From Octopus vulgaris (Eukaryota), in the NCBI GenBank assembly GCA_951406725.2, contig OX597826.1:72354001-72418000 (forward strand): a stretch of DNA of 64,000 nucleotides, read 5' to 3'. The position numbers were made by a program, and so were the translations under genes. The notes beneath the pieces were generated by a model. The model made no database searches, had not been told where the DNA came from, and saw only the letters and a program-made list of their open reading frames with translations. Shown here piece after piece: positions 11,890-23,351 of the stretch. Within the stretch, counting starts at the first letter, position 1. Each line of letters begins with the position of its first letter.

Positions 11890-12654
11890 GTTTGTTGAAA
11901 TAGTAGTTAGTACAAACTTTGTAAGAGATATATTAGTATTTAGTATCTAATACGTTGCACAATTCAACACATGCCAGGTCATTGACTCCTTTTACTGGAG
12001 ATCAATTTATTAGCATTTGGACTGCCCACCTCACCTACATTTTTCCTAGAGACATTGACCTAAGCTGGCTATCAGATACCACTATCACTAGGTTAGAAGA
12101 ACCTTCAAAGATTGTACCTAAGTGCTCTTCTGCTTTTAACTAATTCATTTAAAAGAAAAAGAGAGAATTTATATGCTAATTAGATTCTTATTGTTTTTAA
12201 TGATATTGCAATTGAAAGAATAAATGAGTTTATTGTATATTTTTTACCTGAGGAAGAGGAGGGAAGCTAGCTGTTTTGAAGTATAAATAAAAGATTTAAA
12301 ATATTCAATATCACCCTGCTCAAGATTGCCCCTGGTTCAATGATACAAGCTCCCTGTTTTAAAATATCATTTTAATTTCTGTTCCTAACACTAGCTTAAA
12401 AACGACTGAGTTATTTTACTAAATTTTTCATTATTTTCAAAATAAATTGAAATAAAGATAGTGAGTTTCAGCAGAAATATCATAACAAAAGAGTTAATGA
12501 ATTTGCTATTTATTTTATAGACTGTCCATGTATCTGCAAAGTCGTAAATATATTACAAGGACTTTGTATAGGAGAGTAGTGAGTAATTTTCAGAAATAAA
12601 AGACAATGTTAATCTATGCGAAATTTGAGTGTGTTGCAACCTAATAGACTCTTT

Positions 12655-13206
12655 CATCATTATCATCATCGTTTAACGTCCGTTTTCCGTGCTAGCATGG
12701 ATTGGATGGTTCGACTGGGGTCTGGGAAGCCAGGAGGCTGCACCAGGCTCCAGTCTGATCTGGCAGTGTTTCTACAGCTGGATGCCCTTCCTAACGCCAA
12801 CCACTCCGTGAGTGTAGTGGGTGCGTTTTACGTGCCAGGGGAGGCTGGCAGTGGCCACGATCGGTTGGTGCTTTTTACATGCCACCGGTACAGAAGCCAG
12901 TCGAGGCGACACTGGCATCAGCCACATTTGGATGGTGCTTTTTACGTGCCACCGGCACATGTATCACCAATTTCCATTTGATATCTATTTTGATATTGAT
13001 GTACTTGACTCAATAGGTCTCCTCAAGCACAGCAGGTCATGTTCCACCAGCACAGAAGCCAGTCAAGGCAGCGCTGGCACCGGCCATGTTCGGATGGTGC
13101 TTTTTACGTGCCACCGGCACAGGTATCATAACTACAATTTCCATTTGATATTTATTTTGATGTTGATGTACTTGACGCGATAGGTCTCCTCAAGCACAGC
13201 AGGTCA
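12655..13206 (-). mobile_element. (GAT)n-tailed RTE-type SINE/LINE 3' end with internal GC-rich tandem units
   Basis: Reverse complement of ggcgttaggaagggcatccagctgtagaaac...gacgttaaacgatgatgat; repeated gtgcttttacgtgccaccggcac. Confidence 0.8.
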
Positions 13207-13312
13207 CCCTACAATATGTTATCCTGTCCCCCCCCCAGCTCCTTTGCCCTTCCTGTTGCTCATTTTTCAATATTTGATGTTAATGTCTTATGCTTTGTGT
13301 CTTCTTGTACAG

Positions 13313-13868
13313 GCTATTAATTCAATGGAAGAGAAAGGCATGCAGGATGACCCTCGATACTCTCACCTAGTGATAATTGCAAATCGAACCAAGGGAGTGG
13401 TGAGTGGAGGAGGTAATGGCACTGCAAGTGGTCCTGGATCACAGGGTTCGACAGGCCCTCCTAATATGGGTGGCCCAGGCCAAGGAATGGGTATGAGTGG
13501 ACCGGGCATGACACCCGGAAACAATATGAATGGACCAAATATGAACAACTCAAACAGCAATATGTCGAACCCTAATATGGCCGGACCAAATGGTGGAAAC
13601 ATGAACAGTGGAATGGGGGGTAATCCTTCATCTGGTACCGGTGTAGGTGCTGCTGGATCAGGTAACCCACCCAATGTCTATGCCAATATGCAAGGACCTA
13701 ATTCATGTGGTCCACCTGGGATGAATGGGCCGGCCATGAACAATATGTCCGGACCTAATAATGCTATGGTTGCAAACATGAATTCCAATATGAATGGTCC
13801 ACCCGGACCCCCAAATTCCTCTGGAGCTAATCAGCAAGCTATTGAAACCAGTGAACAAGGACCACAAG
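13313..13868 (+). CDS. SMARCA4: Exon 2: AINSMEEKGMQDDPRYS plus G/N/M/P-rich low-complexity region
   Basis: tacag acceptor, caag|gtaagt donor (phase 1); MEEKG..DDPRY is the Brahma N-terminal motif. Confidence 0.93.
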
Positions 13869-13886
13869 GTAAGTGTTTATTTTTAT

Positions 13887-13931
<45 letters not shown>

Positions 13932-14118
13932 GTTCGCCATGTTGGACCACTGAACTCAACATGTCTTTTTTTTTCATTCTCTCCCTATTTGTTTCCTTTC
14001 TGTTGAAGAGTGTAGGCTTGAATGTAAAAGATTTTTCCATTTTTCCCAACCGTCAAACTAATGCACTTGCTTGTTGTTCCTATACCTGTCTTTGTCTTTG
14101 TTATATATACATATATAT

Positions 14119-14156
<38 letters not shown>

Positions 14157-14159
<3 letters not shown>

Positions 14160-14377
14160 TAAAAGCGGTAAGATAACAAAAGAAAGAAAGAGACCTCAAT
14201 ATTATGTAAATAGAGGAAATTTATCTGTAAAATAATATGTAACAATTATTCGGTAGCCAAGATAAAACTCTGAGTTTCGGATGCCGAGGTGGAAATCCAC
14301 AACACCATCTCGTCGGTTATCTGGCCAGATAACCGAAGAGATGGAGTTTTATCTTGGCTACCGAATAATTGTCACAT

Positions 14378-14384
<7 letters not shown>
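14157..14384. mobile_element. (TA)n-embedded fold-back element with a hammerhead-like motif on the minus strand (14260-14322)
   Basis: Outer arms 14228-14270 and 14344-14384; inner palindrome 14305-14344. Minus strand reads agataa-CCGACGA-stemII-GAAAC tcaga GTT-ttatct. Confidence 0.65.
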
Positions 14385-14414
<30 letters not shown>

Positions 14415-15246
14415 ACATAGTGTAATTCAAGAAACCTGAGTCATAAAATATAAATAACTTTACAGATATTTATTTTAAAGTTTTAATTGTGCTTTTGTTA
14501 TCTTGAAACATAATTGCATATCTTAAAGTCTTTGAGATGCTGTACCACTATTCTTCAGCTACCAAGAAAACTTCTTCTCCAAATTGTTATGTATATGTCA
14601 GTAGCTTATTAAGATGTAGCAATAACAGCTACCTTGATGTGTTTTATATTAGTTGAAATATATATAATGTAGATAACTCTACAGCTATTTATTTGAAAGC
14701 CTTTTTTGTGGAGAGAATAATTGAGTAACTTACAGATCATTTTTTGGGGGACAGTTGTCCCTTGTCAGAGATGTGCCACAGAGAACTTTTAATCTAAATT
14801 ACTCTAGTTTTTGTGTATGTGTATTTTTAAAATTTTCCTTTGATTTTCTTGTTTTATTTAAAAAAAAAATTATTGATGTATTCAGTTGGTGTTTGCAATA
14901 CAATTTAACTAAAAGGTGTTTACATAAAACTAACACAAACTTCTTGCTTGAAAACTTCCTTTAATTAAAGGTAATAACAGGTAGTGAAATTAAACTTGGT
15001 ATTAAAATTACTGGTGCAGGAAGGCACCGAGCTGGCAGAATCGTAAGCATGCTGGGCAAAATGTATAGTGGCATTTCATTCGTTTTTACACTCTGAGTTC
15101 AAATCCTACCTAGATTGACTTTGTCTTTTATCCTTTCGGGGGTCAGTAAAATAAGTACCAGTTGAGCACTGGGGTCGATGTATTTGACTTTACACCCTCC
15201 CCGGAATTAGTGGCCTTGTGCCAAAGTTTGAAACCAAAATTACTAG

Positions 15247-15657
15247 GTGCCAGTATGGCTGTGTGGTAAGAAGTTTGCATTGCAACCACATGGTTCTGGG
15301 TTCAGTCCCACTGCATTGCATCTTCGGCAAATGTCTTCTATTATACGCTTGGGTCAACCAAATTCTCGTGAGTGGATTTGGTAGGCGGAAACTGAAAAAA
15401 GCCTTTAAATGATGACAATGATCACACACACGTGTGTCTTTGTGTTTGCCTCATGCCACTGTGTGAGAACTGGTGTTGGTGTGTTTACATCCCCCTAACT
15501 TACCAGTTCTGCAAAAGTGACTGATGGAATAAGTAGCAGGCTTAAAAAAAATAAAATAAAATAAAGAAAAATAAGTACGGAGCCAATTCAACTAAAATTC
15601 AGCAAGGTGGTGTCCCAGTATGGCCGCAGTCGAATGGCTGAATCATAAGATAAAAGA
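15247..15657 (+). mobile_element. SINE family 1, diverged (others near 268-570, 7666-8260, 29424-29582 minus, 29600-29760)
   Basis: Same head and tail motifs. Confidence 0.75.
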
Positions 15658-15920
15658 AAGTTATACAGAGTTGTTGTCAACTGTTGTGTTCGGTTAGATA
15701 ATATAATTGTAATATAAGGACGTCAGTGGATAGTTGTGTACCTTGATGGATTTACGATTTCTTTTCAGTGACTACAAAACAGTTATAAATCACAAAAGGG
15801 AACAAAAGTAGTACATAATAGTGGTGATATTTACGAAAATGTTTGAAGAAAATTACAAAAATAGTGTGTGTACATTATATATATGTATGTGTGTGTCTGT
15901 GTGTGTGTGTGTATATATAT

Positions 15921-16153
15921 ATTAGAGTAAGTTCTTAAATGTGATACAAGGGGGGGAAAATAGTACTTGAATGCCAGAGGTAGAGTAATATGCTTTATTA
16001 AAAAGCAGCAAAAATATCACAAAAACTGTTACTCAGAGTTTTCCATTCCCGTTCATCAGACAATTTTGTTTAGAAAACTGTCTGATGAATGGGAACGTGA
16101 AACTCTGAGTAACATTTTTTTGTGATATTTTTGCTGCTTTTTAATAAATTGTG

Positions 16154-16160
<7 letters not shown>
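15921..16160. mobile_element. (TA)n-embedded fold-back element with hammerhead motifs on both strands (Penelope-like derivative)
   Basis: About 74-bp inverted arms spanning 15994-16148, about 70-nt unique head, TA runs on both sides. Confidence 0.7.
16074..16119 (+). ncRNA. Minimal type I hammerhead ribozyme motif (Penelope-type)
   Basis: aaaactgt-CTGATGA-atg(ggaa)cgt-GAAA-c tctga g-TA-acattttt. All core nucleotides present; near-palindromic stem III ACTC-T-GAGT. Confidence 0.7.
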
Positions 16161-16197
<37 letters not shown>

Positions 16198-16465
16198 TAT
16201 ATATAAGCTAAGGCACATGGCCTAGCAGTTAGGGTGTTAGGGTGTTGCACTCACAATTGCTAGATTGTGGGTTCCTGAGCAAAACACTTTCGTGTTGCTC
16301 CTGTCCACTCAGCTGTAAATGGATAATCCTGTGACAGAATAGTCTTTCAGTCGAGGGGAATGTTAGCCTAGCTAGTGAGAGTGGATTCATTGGAAAGCTA
16401 AAACAGTGTACAGCACACTGTGGCCAGTAGTGTGTAACAACATCCTGTAGTCTGTGAGATATATT

Positions 16466-16610
16466 GCGTTAGGAAGGGCATCCAGCTGTAGAAACACTGC
16501 CAGATCAGACTGGAGCCTGGTGCAGCCTTCTGGCTTCACAGACCCCAGTTGAACCGTCCAACCCATGCTAGCATGGAAAGCGGATGCTAAATGATGATGA
16601 TGATGATGAT
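16466..16610 (+). mobile_element. (GAT)n-tailed RTE-type repeat
   Basis: Near-identical reverse complement of 12655-12800. Confidence 0.82.
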
Positions 16611-16859
16611 ATACAAGGCGGTGAGCTGGCAGAAATGTTAGCACACTGGGCGAAATGCTTAGTGGTATTTCATCTGTCTTTATGTTCTGAGTTCAAATTC
16701 CTCTGAGGTTGACTTTGCCTTTCCTCCTTTTGGGGTTGATAAATTAAGTACCAGCTGCGTATTGAGGTCGATTTAATTGATTGCCCCCTCCCCCTGCCCT
16801 AAAATTTTGGGCCTTGTGCCTAGAGTAGAAAAGAATATTGTGAGATATACATATATGTA

Positions 16860-18300
16860 TATAGTTTCCATGCTTGCTTTTCCATGTTGGCTTGTATAGA
16901 GGAGGTTTGTTTCAAAGCAGCAGCATCTCCACTCATTGTGGTCCTTTGTGAGTGCAAATATCTTGAGTTCAAACCTCACCACTTCTATGGTCTTCTTCAG
17001 TTTTCTTTCATCGGCTCCTTTCACTTTCATCTTTCGAATTTTTCCACCCAACTATCTCTCTTCATAACTTGTTCACACTTACATAGCCTTCTTTGCTTCA
17101 TGCCTAAAATACCTAAAATACCCAAGGTTTTTTCGCAACTCATTGTGCCCTGTTGTTCATGCATTCTGACTTCACGCATCCAGCAAAGCCCACTTGCTTC
17201 ATTTCTTTCTAGCCTTTACATATCCCTCACATTCTGCACCTAATGTCTTGCTAACACGATATATCACAATTTGTACAGAATTCAGTGTACTCTTCACTCA
17301 GAGAGTTGTTGTTTTGCTCCAAGTGTGTCTTAATCCAGCAGATAATATAGTCAAAGATACTCCTGTCTTGACGCTTTCATCTCATGTGTCTGGGAACATA
17401 TTTTTGTGTCCTTCCTGTTTGAAGATGGTAGGATGTGATTTGAGGGAATTTGGCAGTTATTACTAGCATACTAGTAGACTATGTAAGTGCATAGAGGCTC
17501 TGTTGTGTCCAGAGAAATAACAGCTGCTTCATCAGTTTCCACTTCATTGTTACTGAGGCTGCTCTGTTATCTCAGCACCCACCTACACTGATGAAATCAC
17601 CTTGGTAACAGAAACTACCTACTACTTTTAGCAAGTTTTCTGTGCAATTGTAAGATTTAATGTCTCATTTGCTCTCACTACTTTTGCATCTATTACATTT
17701 TGAAATCCTTCTCTGTCAGATGGCCATGGCTGGAATACTTTTTGATCAAAGGTTTCTTCAATCAGAGCTGACCTGGGACGGACTAAGCAACACCCTCATT
17801 AACTCGCACAAATAATGTATCTTAGCATGTATCTTAGTTCACCAGATAATTTCAGCATCTTGGTGACTCTCCTTCAGGCTTATATTTTCCCTGCCTTAAT
17901 ATCCTCGATGGCCTTTTCCACTGTGTAGCAGCCAACCTCAGTAACTGGATCCACTTAGAATAACCTCTTTTTCCCCCTACACATTCTCATCATCCATTAA
18001 CTGCTTATAACATCATTTCCATGCTTCTTTTTTCTTGGCGCTAGTTGATGAGGATGCACTGTATGCACTTCTCTCTTTGCAACATATGCTGGTGTCTAGC
18101 TGCTCTTTTACCTACTTGATATTGTTCCTTGCTCCCACGTATCTCTTTTGTGATCTCCAGCCTCTTTTCACCATTTCTTCCCATGTCTTACTTGGTCTTC
18201 TCCCACACATCATTTGGCACTTTCTTTTACCTCACTCTCATTCTCCTTGTTCATCTCACGTCCATACCTGCATAGTCTTCTCTCTTGCACACTACAACTC
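16860..18300 (-). mobile_element. Fragmented RTE-clade LINE remnants
   Basis: Minus-strand GRRPSKTWEEMVK (about 18160-18205) and KKTIEVVRFELKIFALTKDHNEWR resemble RTE ORF C-termini. Confidence 0.55.
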
Positions 18301-18510
18301 ACTTTTTACTTTTTTAACTCTTTTACTTGTTTCAGTCATTTGACTGTGGCCATGCTGGAGCACTGCCTTTAGTCGAGCAAACCGACCCCGGAACTTATTC
18401 TTTGTAAGCCCAGTACTTATTCTATCGGTCTCTTTTGCCAAACCACTAAGTGACGGGGACGTAAACACACCAGCATCGGTTGTCAGGCAATGCTAGGGGG
18501 ACAAACACAG

Positions 18511-18565
<55 letters not shown>

Positions 18566-18730
18566 TACGACAGGCTTCTTTCAGTTTCCGTCTACCAAAT
18601 CCACTCACAAAGCATTGGTCAGCCCAGCGCTATTGCAGAAGACACTTGCCCAAGATGCCACGCAGTGGGACTGAACCCTGAACCATGTGGTTGGTTAGCA
18701 AGCTACTTACCACACAGCCACTCCTGCGTC
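18301..18730 (-). mobile_element. SINE family 1
   Basis: Reverse complement of 41640-42051. Confidence 0.88.
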
Positions 18731-20104
18731 TATGCAGAGATCTTTTTTTTTTCTATAATTTTCTAACTAGGAAGATAACATTAGTGGTAGATTATGCAAC
18801 AGATCTGAACTGCATGTCAACTAAGCTGATTCTCTTCCTACTCTGTTGTATATAACTCTGTTTCTTACACAACCAGGTCCTTAAGCTTCTTGCTCTTATA
18901 ACATCTCCTTTGTCCCTGTAGCAGTTTTTACAATACTGTTACACCTGTTGTTAAAAAAAAGACACCTGTGCTCTCTGATTATGAGAGTGACAGGCTAGTA
19001 ACTCTCATAGCCAATCAGGTGTTGTGCTCTGTTGTTCACACACTCTAACATTATGCATTCTACCCCTTTGTATTGTTTGTAATGTGAAGATCTGATGAAT
19101 TCAAGCAAATATCTCTCGAAAAGGCTCTTGCCTTGCTTTCAGTAGGAAGTAACTTGAAATCATTTGATTTAATCAGCTTCTAATTGCATCGCTTCTTGTA
19201 CTTTATGATTCACTATATAGTGATACCGTGTGTATTATACCTAGTCTCATCATCCGATTCAAGTAACCTACACCTCTTGTATTATTTGTAATTGAGATTT
19301 ACAGTGAACCATTTCCATTTGGTGGTGAGGGAGAATTCAGTTTGCCACTTTTTGAAATATGTGGTCACTGGCAATTTTCCTTTTTACTATTGGGTTGTTT
19401 TATTATTTCTTTTTAACTTTGTTTTTAATGTTTTTAATATCCAACATAGCAGCTCATAATTATCCCTGTGGCTCACATGTATGTTAACACGGCTTCTAGT
19501 TTTTCCATAAAAAGTTAGACTGAATCACATCATTCAGGAAAAATGTTTATTTCTGTATCACATTCTACCCACAACCGTATAGCTTTTTCTACTTTGTATA
19601 AAAGTCAGATCTAACAGTAACCCCTGTCTATGTCATATATTTCCATAATTTTTATACCCCAACCTGAAGTGTGAATGTTGGTGGAGCTTTCATAACCTTG
19701 CATATCGTACCTGTACTCAGATATTTCTTTGTATTCCATTTGGTGTAAGTTTCCTTTAGACAATGACCAAGACAGGTGTTATCTGTAACTAACTGACCAA
19801 AGTTATTTCCTTGCATATTACTGTATAACTGATGTTATACAAATGCAAATATTGTTATAATTCCAAAAGCTGGAAACATAGGAGGTCTTTGAAGGGCACT
19901 TGTGCTCCAGTTAATTTAATACTCCTTGCTAGCTTTCAAATGCCCATTATTATAGTTATAGAGAATGAGTATAGCTGATTGATTTTTACTCTTTCAAAAT
20001 TATGGCTGGGTTCAGTTTCTTTGCAGAGTTTGCAAGGAAATTTAAAAAAAAAGATCTATGTTCAATTCTGTTACTTTTATGACCATTATTGTTGCCCAAA
20101 TCTG

Positions 20105-20450
20105 CATCATCATCATCATCATTTAACGTCCGTTCTCCATGCTAGCATGGGTTGGACGGTTCGACCGGGGATCTGGAAAGCCAGAAGGCTGCACCAGGCT
20201 CCAGTCTGATCTGGCAGTGTTTCTACAGCTGGATTCCCTTCCTAACGCCAACCACTCCGTGAGTGTAGTGGGTGCTTTTTACATGCCACCTGCACAGGTG
20301 TCAGGCGAGGCTGGCAACGGCCACGGGCTGATTGGTGCATTTTACGTGCCACCGGCACGGAAGCCAGTCGAGGCAGCACTGGCATTGGCCACGATTTGGA
20401 TGGTGCTTTTTACGTACCACCAGTCCAGGGGTCCTGGCATCTGCCGGGTG
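20105..20450 (-). mobile_element. (GAT)n-tailed RTE-type repeat
   Basis: Same family. Confidence 0.82.
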
Positions 20451-21618
20451 CCAATAAATGTGGAAGAAATAGTGCAAAAAGAAAAAAACTAACAGAACAT
20501 TCAATAAAAGTTATAAAGATAGCAGATGACACAAGGTCAACGTTTAACCTTTTTGCATGCAACACCACATCATTAATGTAGTAATGAGATCCTTGTTGAT
20601 GCTTCCTACTTTATATATATATCTGTGGCCCTTTGTTACCAGCCGGACTACCTAACATTACTTTTATCATGGTGGGCTGGCTGGACCGTTAGCACATGGC
20701 ATGAGATGCTTACAGGGATTTCTTATGGCTTCACATTCTGAGGTTGATTTTGTTTTATGTCCTATTTCCTTTTGGGGTTGATAAAATAACTACCTGTTAA
20801 GCATTAGGGTCAATAAAATCAAGTTAGACCTTACCCCAGATTGTAAAGCTTTTGCCTATTGTTATCATGATCATCATTGAAAATGGATGTTAAAATGCTG
20901 GTTGTGGTGATAGAGGTAGCAACAATGTCAAGTGGTTTGATAACACAGGACCATGGGTAGGTAAGAAAGTAGGAGCAAGAGACGTGGGTTGATAATGACA
21001 AGATTAGTGAGTTTACATGTGTATACGAAAATAATAGAAAGAAGAGGAATAATGAAGATAAAGATAGTCAATTAGAAATTGAACTCACATTGTTAAGATG
21101 ATTGCTCTTTGTGTTATTAGATATTGGACCGTTCGCTCATGAGTCTGGAGTATTTATTCTTGTGTGTGTGTAGCAAATTAGCATTGAATTACGAAAATGA
21201 ATGAAATGAGAAATTAGGAAAGCTTCTAACAATGCAGAAAGTCTAAAAGACCTTTATATTTCAAGCACAAATGCCTACCTTCAAAAGAAACAGTTAAAGA
21301 AATGTCTATTTACATAGATCCTGCTATTTTAGATAGTCCGGTGTTTGAGTCAGTAGCAGCATTGGATTTCTCTGGGAATGTGCAACTCATGTCTTGGTGT
21401 TTGCTTTTCATATAGTCCCTTGTGATAGAGAGGTTGGGAAGTGTGGTTAAGGTGCTGGATCCGTTTGTCACTTTAGACCATTTTGTAGCCATTGTATTGC
21501 ATTCTTGAGTTAAAGTATATTATCTTTACTTTACTCCTTTTACACAAAAAGAATAATATGTAACCATAAGAAATATTTGATGTTTGATAATATATAAATT
21601 TATGTATATGTATTTCAG

Positions 21619-21840
21619 GTAACAATATCCCACCTTCTGGTATGGGAGGCAATCCCAATATGCCAGCACAAGGACCGCCAACTGGACCAAGGACTCAGTT
21701 TTCTGCATCACAGCTTGCACAACTCAGAGCACAAATTATGGCATACAAATTGATAGCTCGCAATCAGAATTTACCTGATAATATACGTTATGCTATTGAA
21801 GGAAAACGCAGTGGTTATGGACCTCCATATCAAAGACCTG
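21619..21840 (+). CDS. SMARCA4: Exon 3: QLQ domain (FSASQLAQLRAQIMAYKLIARNQ)
   Basis: tttcag acceptor, g|gtaagt donor, phase 1-1. Confidence 0.95.
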
Positions 21841-22117
21841 GTAAGTGGTTACCGTTTCATAAACAACTAGGTTTGTTAGTGATTGACTCTAGCTGACTGA
21901 CTTATAATAGTTTGCACACAAGTGTTCAGTGCAGTTAACAAAATGTTTTTTCATTTGGAGACTAGAGTTAACTGTGAGTTTTAGCTGCTGGTCTTCTGCT
22001 AACATCAAAATCATAAGTTCAAGTTACACATCAACCAGTATATTTTACTTGTACATTTTTCTTATGCTTGTCTATCTTGTTGAAAAAAGATACTAACCTT
22101 ATGACAAAGTGGATAGT

Positions 22118-22364
22118 TTAACCTTTAGCATTTAAACCAGCAATATCAAACCCAAATAATCTGTTTTATGTAAAAAAAAAAATTTTTTTAATAAAAAAAA
22201 AAAAACTGGCTGGATCTGGCCTCTCACATCTACTCTACAATGTCATTCTAATAATAAATGATATCATCATTAAAATCTTGAAATTATAAGATAATGCATA
22301 ATTAATTCAAAACAATATGAAAGAATTAGCATTACATTTGATAATCTGAATGCTAAAGGGTTAA
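22118..22364. mobile_element. piggyBac-like MITE family B
   Basis: Same termini and internal gataatgcat.attaattcaaaacaat motif. Confidence 0.8.
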
Positions 22365-23077
22365 TGTTAGGGTGAAAGAACATGTAGCATCCATGAGAAA
22401 GTTGTTCTTTGTGGAAACTCTGACCTATCTCATCACATGTAGAAAACTCTTTAAAACAATTTTAAATTCATCAGCTTGTATTGCTGAGGACACACATTAA
22501 TAAACAAAAACGACAAACAATAATAGTAAATGCGTATTCGGGCTTTTATAATCTGTTAATCCAACTAGAGTTTGGGTTTTTCTGGGAAGACACCTAGTGA
22601 AAAAAAATCCACAGCCTTTTGAGAGGAAAAAAAAAAGTCATTACTTTATGAAAAGTTGGTGATGTGGTCAAGTGTTTAACATGAAGAAGTGAATTACTGC
22701 AAGTAGGACAATGGTGTGGATATTGCAATGAAGTAAAATAAATAGAATTTTGAACTTTTGTTAGCTTTTCCAGTATAAGATCCTTTTAAATATTATCTTT
22801 CTTTGCTATAAGACTAATCTGCTGTAATGCTTATCAGATTCTGATGTGATATATATTTATATGTGACAGTGTTTCTAGATCAAACACTATCATATATCTC
22901 TAACAATGGATCTGTGGAAATTGATCATTCAACCAATTAGTAAAGTGTTGTATGCTTGCTTGATTGGTAAGCGTCCTCAGGGCTAGCAACAAACACTTAT
23001 CAAACGATGAATTAGATAAGCATCAAATCAGCTCATCTCTGTCATGGTGTCACTCCTTGTTTTTTTCTGTATTTCAG

Positions 23078-23351
23078 TTGATCCCCATCAGATGCAACAA
23101 ATGAGGATGAACCAGCCGCAACAGCAACAGCCACCACCGCAAGGCATGGTACCTGCTGCTCAAAACTATCCTCCTCAAATGATGTCAGCTCAGAGCCAAC
23201 CGAATGTTCAAGTTCAACAACGAATGCAACAACAACAGCCGACGTCAATCCAAGCTATTGTATCTCTTCAACAAAGACAGAATCGAGTATCGCCTGTCGG
23301 CAAACCAACAGGGCTGGATCCCATAGAAATTCTGAACGAACGGGAACACCG
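23078..23351 (+). CDS. SMARCA4: Exon 4: Q/P-rich linker to [17 protein letters not shown]
   Basis: tttcag acceptor, cg|gtatct donor, phase 1-2. Confidence 0.93.

Noticed and set aside
12800-13120. Regularly recurring gtgcttttacgtgccaccggcac, superficially CRISPR-like
   Set aside because: The intervening sequences are related to each other and recur in other copies of the same retro-repeat; eukaryotic intron with no cas genes.
13363-13674. Antisense ORF over exon 2 (similarly 23042-23248, 43334-43606, 45078-45275)
   Set aside because: Shadow frames of the coding strand with no independent support.
19085-19140. ctgatga...ctcgaaaaggc(tctt)gcctt after a CCAAT box
   Set aside because: Stem II does not pair and there is no convincing cleavage triplet with stem I; possibly a very old PLE trace but unsupported.
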